Assembly (NCBI GenBank): GCA_041659845.1 | Contig: JBAZXM010000001.1 | Coordinates: forward strand, 124-64,123 | From: Minisyncoccota bacterium | GTDB taxonomy: Bacteria > Patescibacteriota > Minisyncoccia > Phycocordibacterales > UBA9973 | Reading direction: 5' to 3' | Length of the DNA stretch: 64,000 bases | In this document: piece by piece, positions 1 to 10,151 of the stretch | How the letters are laid out: each line of letters begins with the position of its first letter | Numbering within the stretch: position 1 is the first letter of the stretch | The notes under the pieces: generated by a model | What the model was told of the DNA's origin: nothing | Databases searched by the model: none | The model's input: the letters and a program-made list of their open reading frames with translations, nothing else | Translations under genes and position numbers: made by a program

Positions 1-1
1 A

Positions 2-574
2 AATCTCGCAATTAATAAAGAAGTTTTTACCGACGATGTCCTTTCAGAGCTCGGTATTGAAAGGGAAAAGCTCGTAGAGCGCAAATCTATTGAAGTCGGT
101 AATATTTTCGAATTGAAAACTAAGTACTCAGCGCCGTTTGATTTCGTTTTTAAAGATGAAAACGGCAAAGAGCACACTGTGCTTATGGGTTGTTATGGCA
201 TTGGCATTTCCCGATTACTCGGCACAGTGGTGGAAGTGCTAGGGGACGATAAAGGTATGATTTGGCCGGAAGAAATTGCTCCGTTTAAAGTGCACTTGCT
301 CTCGCTTGGCGCAGATGAGTCTGCGCGCGAGGAAGCGCAAAAGCTTCATGACGAGCTTGAAAAAGCGGGCGTCGAAGTTCTATTTGATGACCGCGATATT
401 TCTGCAGGGGAAAAATTTGCTGATTCGGATTTGATCGGGATTCCATACCGCGTGGTTATTTCTGAACGCAGTTTGAAAGATGGTGGAGTGGAAGTGAAGA
501 AGCGCACAGAAGAAAAGGGTAAGATAATCGGATTAAAGGAGGCTGTTAAAGAATTCAAAAAACATCATGCTTAA
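2..574 (+). CDS. proS: Prolyl-tRNA synthetase, C-terminal part (5'-truncated by window edge)
   Basis: Frame is open from base 2. It carries IEVGNIF..KTKYS, motif 3 MGCYGIGISR and the anticodon-binding domain (DDRD..GEKFADSDLIGIP). Confidence 0.95.
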   Translation, partial: NLAINKEVFTDDVLSELGIEREKLVERKSIEVGNIFELKTKYSAPFDFVFKDENGKEHTVLMGCYGIGISRLLGTVVEVLGDDKGMIWPEEIAPFKVHLLSLGADESAREEAQKLHDELEKAGVEVLFDDRDISAGEKFADSDLIGIPYRVVISERSLKDGGVEVKKRTEEKGKIIGLKEAVKEFKKHHA

Positions 575-1613
575 AAAGATTTATGAAATGTTTTCAAATG
601 ATATCGGTATAGACTTGGGTACTGCAAATACTCTGGTTTATTTGAAGGGGCATGGCATCGTTATTAACGAGCCGTCTGTGGTTGCAGTTAATCAGAAGAC
701 AGGTAGAATTGTCGCTGTGGGTGCAGAAGCTAAGCAGATGATAGGCAGGACGCCTGCTCACATCAAAGCGGTTCGCCCGCTCGTCGAAGGAGTGATTTCT
801 GACTTCGAAGTGACAGAAGAAATGCTTTCGTATCTTATAAATAAAGCTGAAAAAATTTCCAAAAAATTCATCCGTCCTCGTGTGGTCATCGGCGTGCCGT
901 CTGGTATTACGAATGTCGAGACTCGCGCAGTTTACGATGCTGCTCGCAGTGCCGGTGCGCGCGATATTCACATCATCGAAGAGCCGATGGCTGCAGCGAT
1001 AGGTATTCGACTTCCAATTAAAGATCCTGTCGGTTCCATGATTATAGACATCGGTGGTGGGACGACTGACATCGCAGTGATTTCTCTCGGCGGTATTGTG
1101 CGCTCAAAGAATTTGAAAATTGCAGGAGATCGTTTGAATAATGACATCATTTCTTACTTGCGCGATGAGTTTAAGCTGTTAATCGGAGAGAAAACCGCTG
1201 AGAATGTAAAAATGGCAATTGGCTCGGTTGTCCCAGGTAAATTTATGGAGGCTGAAGTGCGCGGGCGCGATATGGTTACCGGATTGCCACGCGAAGTCAT
1301 AATCACTGATTCGGATGTTCGTGAAGCAGTTTCTCAGTCAATTTCAAATTTTGTTGAGGGTGTGAAGGAGGTGCTCGAAACTACTCCGCCTGAAATTCTT
1401 TCGGATGTCATGCACCGAGGCATAATTCTTGTTGGCGGTGGGGCACTTATCCAAGGTCTCGATTCACTTTTACAGAATACACTGAAAATACCTATATATG
1501 TGGCAGATGATCCGCTTTCAGCGGTGGCACGCGGTACAGGCGTAGTCTTGGAAGATTTGGAATTTTTTAGAGAAGTATTAGTTCCGCTTCACGATGAATT
1601 ACCTCCTAGATAG
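567..1613 (+). CDS. mreB: Rod shape-determining actin homolog MreB
   Basis: DIGIDLGTANT, IEEPMAAAIG, DIGGGTTD, GGGAL motifs. Confidence 0.97.
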   Translation: MLKKIYEMFSNDIGIDLGTANTLVYLKGHGIVINEPSVVAVNQKTGRIVAVGAEAKQMIGRTPAHIKAVRPLVEGVISDFEVTEEMLSYLINKAEKISKKFIRPRVVIGVPSGITNVETRAVYDAARSAGARDIHIIEEPMAAAIGIRLPIKDPVGSMIIDIGGGTTDIAVISLGGIVRSKNLKIAGDRLNNDIISYLRDEFKLLIGEKTAENVKMAIGSVVPGKFMEAEVRGRDMVTGLPREVIITDSDVREAVSQSISNFVEGVKEVLETTPPEILSDVMHRGIILVGGGALIQGLDSLLQNTLKIPIYVADDPLSAVARGTGVVLEDLEFFREVLVPLHDELPPR

Positions 1614-2388
1614 AAAAATAAAAAGGCAGAAAGTTTGGATTGTCGCATTCGGCGTATTTATTATTGCACTGCTCATAATATTTAGGATGAATGTAATGCA
1701 CGCACTGAGTTATGGCGCATATGGAATTGCTCGTCCATTTATTATTGTTGGAGAAAAAGTGGGAAAGACTATTCGTTCACATACTTTTGTTTTTCAAACT
1801 AAAAACTCTCTAATGAAGGATAATCAAAATCTTACTGAGCAACTGAGAGAAAGTAATTTAAAACTCGCTGATCATCAAATGCTTGCCGATGAAAATACTG
1901 CACTCAAAGCTATTCTTGGCCGTAAGGATGATCGTGTGTTGGTACTCGCCGGTATTTTGGAAAAACCAAACAGATCTTTGTACGATACGTTGATTATTGA
2001 TATTGGTTCAGATAAAGACATTCTCGTTGGCAATAAAGTTTTCGCCTCTGGTGATATTTTGATCGGTGAAATTACAGATGTATATAATCGATCGGCGAAA
2101 GTTTCTCCCTATTCAACTCCTAGTGAAAAACACGATGCAGTTATTTCAGCACTTGGAATAACAGGCGAAGCAATAGGTCGTGGAAATGGTAATTTTGAAA
2201 TAACAGTACCTCACGATGTCATAATTGAGCCTGGTATGGCGGTCGTCATGCCAGGTGTTAATCAAGTTCTCTTGGGTACTGTTGATCAAATTCTTTCTGA
2301 TCCGCGAGATCCGTTTCAAAAGGTTTTGTTTCGTTCTCCAGTCAATATTCAAGAGCTCTCCTATATAGAGGTGGAAGTGTCTATATGA
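1594..2388 (+). CDS. mreC: Rod shape-determining protein MreC
   Basis: N-terminal TM helix, coiled coil ending EN..LK.IL, beta-rich C-terminal domain; overlaps mreB. Confidence 0.9.
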   Translation: MNYLLDRKIKRQKVWIVAFGVFIIALLIIFRMNVMHALSYGAYGIARPFIIVGEKVGKTIRSHTFVFQTKNSLMKDNQNLTEQLRESNLKLADHQMLADENTALKAILGRKDDRVLVLAGILEKPNRSLYDTLIIDIGSDKDILVGNKVFASGDILIGEITDVYNRSAKVSPYSTPSEKHDAVISALGITGEAIGRGNGNFEITVPHDVIIEPGMAVVMPGVNQVLLGTVDQILSDPRDPFQKVLFRSPVNIQELSYIEVEVSI

Positions 2389-3593
2389 TCGGATTTAAAT
2401 TTACTATTCATAAAAAACTGGACGGCACACTTGGAAGAGTAGGCTCTTATGAAACTCCGCACGGTGTCATCCAAACGCCGGCTTTTGTAACAGTAGGTAC
2501 TAAGGCAACAGTGAAATCTCTTAATCCTGATCAAGTAAAAGACGCAGGCGCTGATGTTGTACTTGCAAATACGTATCATTTATATTTACAGCCAGGGGAT
2601 GAAATTATCGCGGGAGCCGGAGGTCTTGGTAAATTTATGAACTGGTCTGGTCCCACAATGACAGACTCCGGCGGATTCCAAGTATTTTCTCTTGGTGCCG
2701 CTTATGGTAAAGAAATTTCAAAAGTTGTTAAAATTACCGATCCGTCGCTGTTAATTCCGGAAAGATTCGATGACAGTGATGCACCACGACTGGCAAAGAT
2801 TGGCCAAGATGGTGTATCTTTTAAATCGCATTTGGACGGATCCATCCACTACATCACACCCGAGAAATCAATTGAAATCCAGCATAATCTTGGTGCGGAT
2901 ATTATTTTTGCATTCGATGAATGTACATCACCAACGGAAGATCTACGTTACCAGGAAGAAGCGCTTGAGCGCACACATCGTTGGGCAGGGCGTTGCCTCG
3001 AATATCACAATTCAAAAGATAATTCAAAATACCAGGCATTATTCGGAATTGTTCAGGGTGGAAGAGATGAAAATTTGAGGAAAAAAAGCGCACAAGTTAT
3101 CAGTGATATGGGTTTCGATGGCTTCGGCATTGGTGGATCTTTCGCTAAAGAAGATATGTCGACGGCTGTGAAGTGGGTGAATGAAATTTTACCGGAAGAA
3201 AAGCCTAGGCACTTGCTCGGCATTGGTGAACCCGAAGATCTTTTTATGGGCATAGAAAACGGTGTTGATTTTTTTGATTGCGTCTTGCCGACTCGCTTGG
3301 GAAGAAATGGAACAATCTATACAAAAAATGGGAAAATCATAATCATGAATGCTAAATTTCGAAATGATTTTACTCCGATCGAAGACGATTGCGAATGTTA
3401 CACTTGCAAGGGCTTCATTAAAGCTTATGTCGCTCATCTTTTTCACAGCAAAGAAATGCTCGCCGGAACATTAGCTTCGATTCACAATCTTCATTTTATA
3501 GTGAACCTCGTTAAAAAAATCCGAGCATCGATTATCGACGGAACATTCTATGAATTTAAGGAAAGTTTTCTGAGGGGATACGGAAAAGAATAG
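2385..3593 (+). CDS. tgt: tRNA-guanine transglycosylase
   Basis: TPAF..VGT, NTYHL, TDSGGFQVFSL, FDCVLPTR, CECYTC and HNL zinc site. Confidence 0.96.
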   Translation: MIGFKFTIHKKLDGTLGRVGSYETPHGVIQTPAFVTVGTKATVKSLNPDQVKDAGADVVLANTYHLYLQPGDEIIAGAGGLGKFMNWSGPTMTDSGGFQVFSLGAAYGKEISKVVKITDPSLLIPERFDDSDAPRLAKIGQDGVSFKSHLDGSIHYITPEKSIEIQHNLGADIIFAFDECTSPTEDLRYQEEALERTHRWAGRCLEYHNSKDNSKYQALFGIVQGGRDENLRKKSAQVISDMGFDGFGIGGSFAKEDMSTAVKWVNEILPEEKPRHLLGIGEPEDLFMGIENGVDFFDCVLPTRLGRNGTIYTKNGKIIIMNAKFRNDFTPIEDDCECYTCKGFIKAYVAHLFHSKEMLAGTLASIHNLHFIVNLVKKIRASIIDGTFYEFKESFLRGYGKE

Positions 3594-3608
3594 TAGAATA
3601 CAAAGTAT

Positions 3609-5714
3609 ATGATACAAAAGAATGTCTTTATAATAAAAAACCAATTCTCTCCGGCTGGTGACCAGCCTCAAGCGATTGAAAAGCTTGTGAAAGGTTTGCA
3701 AAAGGGCTTTAAAAAGCAGACCCTTTTAGGCGTGACTGGTTCCGGTAAGACATTTACCGGGGCAAATGTCATTGCTCAATTCAATAAACCGACCCTAGTC
3801 ATTGCTCACAATAAAACTCTTGCCGCTCAACTTGCGCAAGAATACAGGGAATTTTTCCCTGATCACGCAGTGCACTATTTCGTCTCTTATTATGATTACT
3901 ATCAGCCCGAAGCATATATGCCGACGACTGATACTTATATTGAAAAGGATGCCCAGATTAACAAAGAGATTGACCGTCTTCGTCACGCTTCCACACAGGC
4001 GTTACTTACACGAAAAGATGTGATTATTGTTGCATCTGTTTCTTGTATTTACGGCCTCGGTAGTCCTGAAGAATATCGCGAGGAACATATGCTGATTGAA
4101 AAAGGGCAAAAAATCTCCCGTAATGATTTTTTGAAAAAGCTTATTGATTTGCATTTTGTCCGTACGAATGCAGATTTATCTTCCGGTGAATTCCGATCGA
4201 TGGGGAGTACGATTGAAATAATGCCAGTGTCTGAAGTATTTACATATCGTATTTCAATCGAGAGTGGATTAATCCATGATATTTTAAAAGTTGATCCAGT
4301 ATCGTCTAAAATCCTGGAAACGCCGGAAAACTTTTTCCTTTTTCCTGCGAAGCACTTTCTCACACAGAAAAGTAAACGAGATAAAGCTATAAAGAATATA
4401 AAGTCAGAATTAACCTCGCAACTCAAAAAATTTGATAAAGAAGGCAAGCTTTTAGAAGCCGAACGCTTGAAGCGCCGTACGAATTACGATATCGCCATGA
4501 TTCGTGAAATGGGATATTGTTCGGGTATTGAAAATTATTCTCGTCATCTCTCCGGTAAAAAAGAGGGAGAAGCGCCGGAAACACTGCTCTCGTATTTTCC
4601 ACATAAACCTGACGGAACGGCTGATTTTTTGACTATTATCGACGAATCGCATGTCACAGTGCCGCAACTTCGGGGGATGTATGCGGGTGACCGATCACGC
4701 AAATCTACGCTTGTTGAGCACGGCTTTCGTTTGCCATCAGCAAAGGACAATCGCCCGCTTCGTTTTGAAGAGTTTGAAGCGCGTATCGGAGAAGTGATTT
4801 ATACATCTGCCACGCCGTCCGATTATGAGCGTGAAGAAAGTGATCAGGTTGTAGAGCAGATTATTCGTCCGACCGGGCTTATTGATCCGGAAATTATTAT
4901 TCGCCCAGTAGTATCGAAAGGAAAGTATGGCGGACAAGTTCAAGATTTTATCGCTGAAACTATTAAAGAGGTTAAGAAAGGTGGGCGAGTAATTGCAACA
5001 ACTCTCACAAAGAAAATGGCTGAGGACTTAAGCGCTTATCTCAAAGAGCAGAACATTAAAGCCGAATATCTGCATAGTGATATAAAGACTATCGACCGAA
5101 TTAAAATTTTGACGAGTTTTCGAAAGGGTGAGTTTAATTGCTTAGTGGGCGTTAATCTTCTTCGTGAAGGCTTGGATTTGCCGGAAGTTACTTTTATTGG
5201 AATTTTAGATGCAGATAAAGAAGGCTTTCTTCGAAGTGAAGTTTCTTTGATTCAGACAATAGGCCGTGCGGCGCGAAATGTCGAAGGTCGAGTTATTCTT
5301 TATGCCGACAATATGACAGGCTCGATAGATAGAGCGGTAGGAGAGACTAATCGCCGTCGCGAAATACAGGTCGCGTACAATAAAAAGCACGACATTACTC
5401 CAAAGACGATTATTAAAAAGATCAGTGACATCACACAAGTTATGGAATCGATGCATGAAAAGGCGGTAGCATATAATGTCGAAATTGATGTCGAGCTTTT
5501 CGGCAAAGGCCTAAGAGCACTGAATAAAAAAGAAGAAAAGAAATTGGAACGTCTTTCCGATGAAGAGAGGGAAAAAGCAGTCTATGAAAAAATTATTAAA
5601 CTCAAAGAGAAAGAAATGAATAAAGCTGTAAAAGAATTGGATTTTGAAACCGCAGCGATATTGCGCGATGAAATAAAAGTGCTCGAAAAAAGACTGGGAA
5701 ATGCGAAAGCATAG
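3609..5714 (+). CDS. uvrB: Excinuclease ABC subunit B
   Basis: GVTGSGKT, YYDYYQPEAY beta-hairpin, DESH, QTIGRAARN, C-terminal UVR domain. Confidence 0.98.
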   Translation: MIQKNVFIIKNQFSPAGDQPQAIEKLVKGLQKGFKKQTLLGVTGSGKTFTGANVIAQFNKPTLVIAHNKTLAAQLAQEYREFFPDHAVHYFVSYYDYYQPEAYMPTTDTYIEKDAQINKEIDRLRHASTQALLTRKDVIIVASVSCIYGLGSPEEYREEHMLIEKGQKISRNDFLKKLIDLHFVRTNADLSSGEFRSMGSTIEIMPVSEVFTYRISIESGLIHDILKVDPVSSKILETPENFFLFPAKHFLTQKSKRDKAIKNIKSELTSQLKKFDKEGKLLEAERLKRRTNYDIAMIREMGYCSGIENYSRHLSGKKEGEAPETLLSYFPHKPDGTADFLTIIDESHVTVPQLRGMYAGDRSRKSTLVEHGFRLPSAKDNRPLRFEEFEARIGEVIYTSATPSDYEREESDQVVEQIIRPTGLIDPEIIIRPVVSKGKYGGQVQDFIAETIKEVKKGGRVIATTLTKKMAEDLSAYLKEQNIKAEYLHSDIKTIDRIKILTSFRKGEFNCLVGVNLLREGLDLPEVTFIGILDADKEGFLRSEVSLIQTIGRAARNVEGRVILYADNMTGSIDRAVGETNRRREIQVAYNKKHDITPKTIIKKISDITQVMESMHEKAVAYNVEIDVELFGKGLRALNKKEEKKLERLSDEEREKAVYEKIIKLKEKEMNKAVKELDFETAAILRDEIKVLEKRLGNAKA

Positions 5715-5739
5715 GAAAATAATAAAAAAAAGAGACACA

Positions 5740-6186
5740 TTATCGTGTCTCTTTCTGATTATTTGGAAAAGATAATTCCTCTAGTGATGTACCTCTTCTT
5801 TCAAGAGTTAGGTCTTTACCCATTAGATCCGGAATGCATAAATAAAATGCTTTGGGTATGATTTTTTCCACTAGGTTTCCTTTAAAGATGAATTTATCAT
5901 ATTTTTCAACACCAGCTTTCTTTCTTTTACTAAAATCCGGCTTATTCTCTTTGTTGTAGCCTTTAATTAAATATTCATCCTGTGTTCCTTCGATTCTGCA
6001 TATCTCATGAATGTAATAAATCAGGCCACGTTTTATCTTCTTGTATCTGACTTTTTTCTTTTTCGGTTCCCTTGTAGAGGGTGTAAGAAAAAAATTACCT
6101 AAGCAAATAAAAACAAGTACTGCAATTATAATTATCGCAATCATGGTGCCGCCCACAGAAGGGTCTATTTTTAATAGTAGTTTCAT
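5740..6186 (-). CDS. Hypothetical membrane-anchored basic protein (solo cassette)
   Basis: ORF with an N-terminal hydrophobic helix, its own TTGACA..TATATT promoter on the minus strand, and a hairpin at the stop. Confidence 0.65.
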   Translation of the reverse strand: MKLLLKIDPSVGGTMIAIIIIAVLVFICLGNFFLTPSTREPKKKKVRYKKIKRGLIYYIHEICRIEGTQDEYLIKGYNKENKPDFSKRKKAGVEKYDKFIFKGNLVEKIIPKAFYLCIPDLMGKDLTLERRGTSLEELSFPNNQKETR

Positions 6187-6276
6187 AGTTTAAGTTTTAA
6201 ATGTACTGTCCTTTCAATATAACAGAATAGGGGATATTGTCAATAGTATCAATAAATGATATACTGTTCTCTTGAT

Positions 6277-8871
6277 ATGAAAGAAAAACCTGAGGACAAA
6301 ATTATCGTTCGCGGAGCTCGAACGCACAATCTGAAAAATATCACTGTTGAAATGCCACGCAATAAAATGGTGGTTATTACCGGTATGTCAGGCTCGGGTA
6401 AAAGCTCACTTGCTTTTGATACGATTTTTGCTGAAGGGCAGAGACGTTATGTGGAATCACTTTCTTCTTATGCGCGGCAATTTTTAAAGCAAATGGCAAA
6501 GCCCGATGTAGATGAAATTCGAGGTCTTTCTCCCGCAATATCTATTGATCAGAAATCCCGCTCCAACAACCCACGCTCAACTGTCGCCACAATTACTGAG
6601 ATTTACGACTACCTCCGTGTGCTTTATGCGCGCATCGGCCGTCCATATTGTCTCGTGTGCGGGGATGAGATTAAAAAATTATCCAACGAAGAAATCATTT
6701 CTTTTATCTTGGAAAAAATTAAAAATGCTGAAGATTCCGGCACAAAGAAAAAAGTTATGGGTGTCGCTTATAACGATGCGCTTATCCAAATCTTTTCTCC
6801 TGTCGTGCGTGGGCGGAAGGGCGAATACTATCAATTGCTTTACGACATGCTCGGCAAAGGATTCATGAAGGCGCGGGTGGATGGTCAATTGAAAAATCTT
6901 CGGGAAAAAATAATTCTGACTAAAACAAAAAAGCATAATATCGATTTCTTAGTCGATGAGCTTGCTGTGCATGAATTTAAAGATGATCCGAAAGCCTCTC
7001 GTCAACGATTGGCAGAGGCTGTAGAGGCGGCACTTTTGCATTCGGATGGATTGGTTAGTATTTGTTTTACGTCAGCTGAAGAATTTCTTATGTCTTCAAA
7101 ATTTTCTTGCCCAAATGACGGTTTTTCCTTTCCGGAAATTGAGCCGCGCCTCTTTTCTTTCAATTCTCCGGCAGGAGCTTGCCCGGAATGTAATGGTCTT
7201 GGTTCCAAGTATTTTTTAGGTGAAGAGCCATGTGATGTTTGCGAAGGAAAACGTTTGCGTCCGGAGGCCTTGAACGTGTTTTTAGGCAATGATAAAAAGA
7301 CGCGTAAAAATATCGTTGAAGTAACTGCGCTTTCTATTGAAAAGGCTATGGAATTTTTCATAGAATTAAAACTGACGCCAAAAGAAAAAGAAATTTCAAA
7401 AGTTATAATCAAAGAGATTGAAGACCGTCTCGAATTTATGATTAATGTTGGACTTGAATATCTCTCGCTTAATCGCCGCGCGAATACTCTATCAGGCGGT
7501 GAGGCTCAGCGTATTCGCCTTGCATCTCAGCTTGGCTCGCGCTTGGTGGGCGCTATGTATGTGCTCGATGAGCCAACGATAGGCCTCCATCAGCGTGATA
7601 ATGATCGTTTAATCAAGACACTCGAACATTTGCGTGACATCGGTAATACGATTATCGTCGTTGAACACGATGAGGATACTATCTACGCTTCTGATTACAT
7701 TATTGATATTGGTCCCAAAGCAGGCGTGCACGGCGGCAAGGTTATCGTTGCGGATTATTTAACCACTCTTCTTGATGCGAAGAAAAATGAATCCGGCTCG
7801 CGAACTATCGGGTACCTACGCGGTGATTTGAAAATTGAAATTCCGGAAAAGCGCCGTGAAGGGGATAAGGGCACGATTAAAATTGTCGGCGGGAAAATTT
7901 TCAATATCGATAACATAAATGCAGAAATACCTCTCGGCAAGCTCGTGTGTATCACAGGTGTTTCCGGCTCCGGTAAGTCATCATTCATGTATGAAATCCT
8001 GCATAAAAATTTACAAGCGCGCTTTGATCGTCGCTACCGAAGCGCCAAAGTTTATAATTGCGCCTCGGTTTCTGGTACAGAGTATCTCTCTCGCGCCGTG
8101 CTTATTGATCAATCTCCGATTGGCCGAACTCCGCGCTCTAATGTCGGCACTTACACAGGAGCATTTACGTTTATCCGCGAATTATTCGCTGAGACGGAAG
8201 AAGCCCGTATTCGAGGATGGAAGTCAAATCGTTTTTCTTTTAATGTAAAAGGAGGGCGATGCGAAGCCTGCGAAGGCAACGGTGAGATTGCCGTTGAAAT
8301 GCATTTCTTGCCGACAGTCTATGTGACTTGCGATATTTGCGGTGGAAAGCGCTTTGATAAAGAGACGCTTCAAATTAAATATAAAAAAAAGAACATCCAT
8401 GAAATACTGGGAATGACGGTGGAAGAGGGTATTAAATTTTTTGAAGATATTCCTGCGCTCTACGATCGATTGAAAACCCTCGATGATGTGGGTTTGGGTT
8501 ATGTTACGATTGGGCAGTCTGCGACGACTCTTTCCGGTGGCGAGGCTCAGCGTGTGAAAATAGCATCCGAACTCTTTCGTCCTTATGCTGAAAAAACAAT
8601 ATATTTGCTCGATGAGCCGACCGTCGGTCTTCACTATGATGATGTGCAAAATCTTTTACAAGTGCTTGATCGCTTGGTGAACAAAGGTCATAGTGTCGTA
8701 GTTATAGAACACAACATGGATATCATAAAAACCGCCGACCATATCATAGACTTCGGTCCGGATGGTGGTGGAGAAGGTGGAAAAATTGTTGCAAAAGGTA
8801 CTCCGGAAGAAGTCGCGAATAATTCGAAATCACACACTGGAAAGTATTTGAAAAAGGTTTTGAAAAAATAA
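6277..8871 (+). CDS. uvrA: Excinuclease ABC subunit A (short form)
   Basis: Two ABC modules (GMSGSGKSS, GVSGSGKSS, LSGGEAQR twice) and zinc fingers. Start placed at ATG 6277; the ORF track starts at 6256. Confidence 0.97.
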   Translation: MKEKPEDKIIVRGARTHNLKNITVEMPRNKMVVITGMSGSGKSSLAFDTIFAEGQRRYVESLSSYARQFLKQMAKPDVDEIRGLSPAISIDQKSRSNNPRSTVATITEIYDYLRVLYARIGRPYCLVCGDEIKKLSNEEIISFILEKIKNAEDSGTKKKVMGVAYNDALIQIFSPVVRGRKGEYYQLLYDMLGKGFMKARVDGQLKNLREKIILTKTKKHNIDFLVDELAVHEFKDDPKASRQRLAEAVEAALLHSDGLVSICFTSAEEFLMSSKFSCPNDGFSFPEIEPRLFSFNSPAGACPECNGLGSKYFLGEEPCDVCEGKRLRPEALNVFLGNDKKTRKNIVEVTALSIEKAMEFFIELKLTPKEKEISKVIIKEIEDRLEFMINVGLEYLSLNRRANTLSGGEAQRIRLASQLGSRLVGAMYVLDEPTIGLHQRDNDRLIKTLEHLRDIGNTIIVVEHDEDTIYASDYIIDIGPKAGVHGGKVIVADYLTTLLDAKKNESGSRTIGYLRGDLKIEIPEKRREGDKGTIKIVGGKIFNIDNINAEIPLGKLVCITGVSGSGKSSFMYEILHKNLQARFDRRYRSAKVYNCASVSGTEYLSRAVLIDQSPIGRTPRSNVGTYTGAFTFIRELFAETEEARIRGWKSNRFSFNVKGGRCEACEGNGEIAVEMHFLPTVYVTCDICGGKRFDKETLQIKYKKKNIHEILGMTVEEGIKFFEDIPALYDRLKTLDDVGLGYVTIGQSATTLSGGEAQRVKIASELFRPYAEKTIYLLDEPTVGLHYDDVQNLLQVLDRLVNKGHSVVVIEHNMDIIKTADHIIDFGPDGGGEGGKIVAKGTPEEVANNSKSHTGKYLKKVLKK

Positions 8872-8880
8872 AAACTTAAA

Positions 8881-10077
8881 ATGAAATTTCAAGATTTACA
8901 AAAATTTAAATTACCGGATGCTCCTGGAGTGTATTTTTTTAAGCGTGGGAAGGATACTTTATATATAGGTAAAGCCACATCCCTGAAGGATAGAGTGAAG
9001 AGTTATTTTTCAAAGGATTTAATTGGAATGCGTGGGCCGCTGATTTTAGACATGGCTTTTAAGGCGGATAAGATTGAGTGGCAGGAGACTGATTCTGTCC
9101 TTGAAGCACTTATTCTCGAAGCAAATCTGATTAAAAAACATCAGCCGATTTATAATACAAAAGAAAAAAGTGATAAGAGTTTTAATTATGTTTGTATTAC
9201 GAAAGAGGAGTTTCCAAGGGTTATAATAAAAAGGGGGAAAGATATTCAATCTACGCCATGGCGTAGATGCAAAATTTACGGACCATTTCCTAATAGTTCG
9301 CAATTAAAAGAAGCATTAAAAATAATTCGCCGGATTTTTCCGTTCATGGATGACAAGAGTAAGAATAATTATGAATTTTATAAACAATTGAAACTTGTTC
9401 CAGAAAATGATTATTATAAAAAAAATATCAGGAATATAAAATTATTTTTTGAAGGCAAGAAAAAATCCATTTTAAAAAATCTGGAAAAAGAAATGAAAGC
9501 TTATGCGAAAAATCATGAATTTGAAAAAGCAGGGCAAATCAAGAAACAAATTTTCGCTCTAAAGCACATTAATGATGTCGCTCTTATAAAAGAGGATTCA
9601 TCAAGGTTGAACATTGATGAAGGTGCGTCTTTCCGCATAGAATCGTATGATATTGCTCATACGTCTGGAAAAGAAATGGTTGGAGTGATGACAGTAATAG
9701 AGGATAGTGAGGTGAATAAAAGCCAGTATCGTAAATTTAACATCAGGCAATTTGACTCTTCAAATGATACAGGGGCGCTCACTGAGCTTTTAACTCGCCG
9801 AATTGGGCATGTGGAATGGCCACTTCCGAATTTGATTGTAATTGACGGAGGTAAAGCTCAGTTGAATGCCGCTAATCGTGTGCTTAAAGAACGTGGGTTT
9901 AATATTGATACGGTTGCGGTTGTGAAAGATGAACACCACAAGCCGAAGGAAATAATTGGCGCCAAAGGTCTTATTTTTTCGCGAGAAAAAGAAATTCTTC
10001 TCGCCAATAGCGAATCTCATCGTTTCGCAATCGGTTTTCACCGCGAGAAGATGCGGAAGAGAATATTTAAAAAATAG
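8881..10077 (+). CDS. uvrC: Excinuclease ABC subunit C (no C-terminal HhH)
   Basis: N-terminal GIY-YIG (PGVY..YIGKA), UVR domain, RNase H-like domain (ESYDIAH, IDGGKAQ, ESHRFAI). Confidence 0.93.
   Translation: MKFQDLQKFKLPDAPGVYFFKRGKDTLYIGKATSLKDRVKSYFSKDLIGMRGPLILDMAFKADKIEWQETDSVLEALILEANLIKKHQPIYNTKEKSDKSFNYVCITKEEFPRVIIKRGKDIQSTPWRRCKIYGPFPNSSQLKEALKIIRRIFPFMDDKSKNNYEFYKQLKLVPENDYYKKNIRNIKLFFEGKKKSILKNLEKEMKAYAKNHEFEKAGQIKKQIFALKHINDVALIKEDSSRLNIDEGASFRIESYDIAHTSGKEMVGVMTVIEDSEVNKSQYRKFNIRQFDSSNDTGALTELLTRRIGHVEWPLPNLIVIDGGKAQLNAANRVLKERGFNIDTVAVVKDEHHKPKEIIGAKGLIFSREKEILLANSESHRFAIGFHREKMRKRIFKK
9249..9268. repeat. 20-bp perfect palindrome inside uvrC
   Basis: ATCTACGCCATGGCGTAGAT, encoding the STPWRR segment. 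Confidence 0.85.
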
Positions 10078-10121
10078 CATCTACAAATTTCACCATGGTG
10101 AAATTTGTAGATGCTATTTTT
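10070..10121. repeat. 52-bp perfect palindrome overlapping the uvrC stop (probable terminator)
   Basis: AAAAATAGCATCTACAAATTTCACCATGGTGAAATTTGTAGATGCTATTTTT. Confidence 0.9.
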
Positions 10122-10151
10122 AATATATTTGCGCAATGATATAATTACTAT

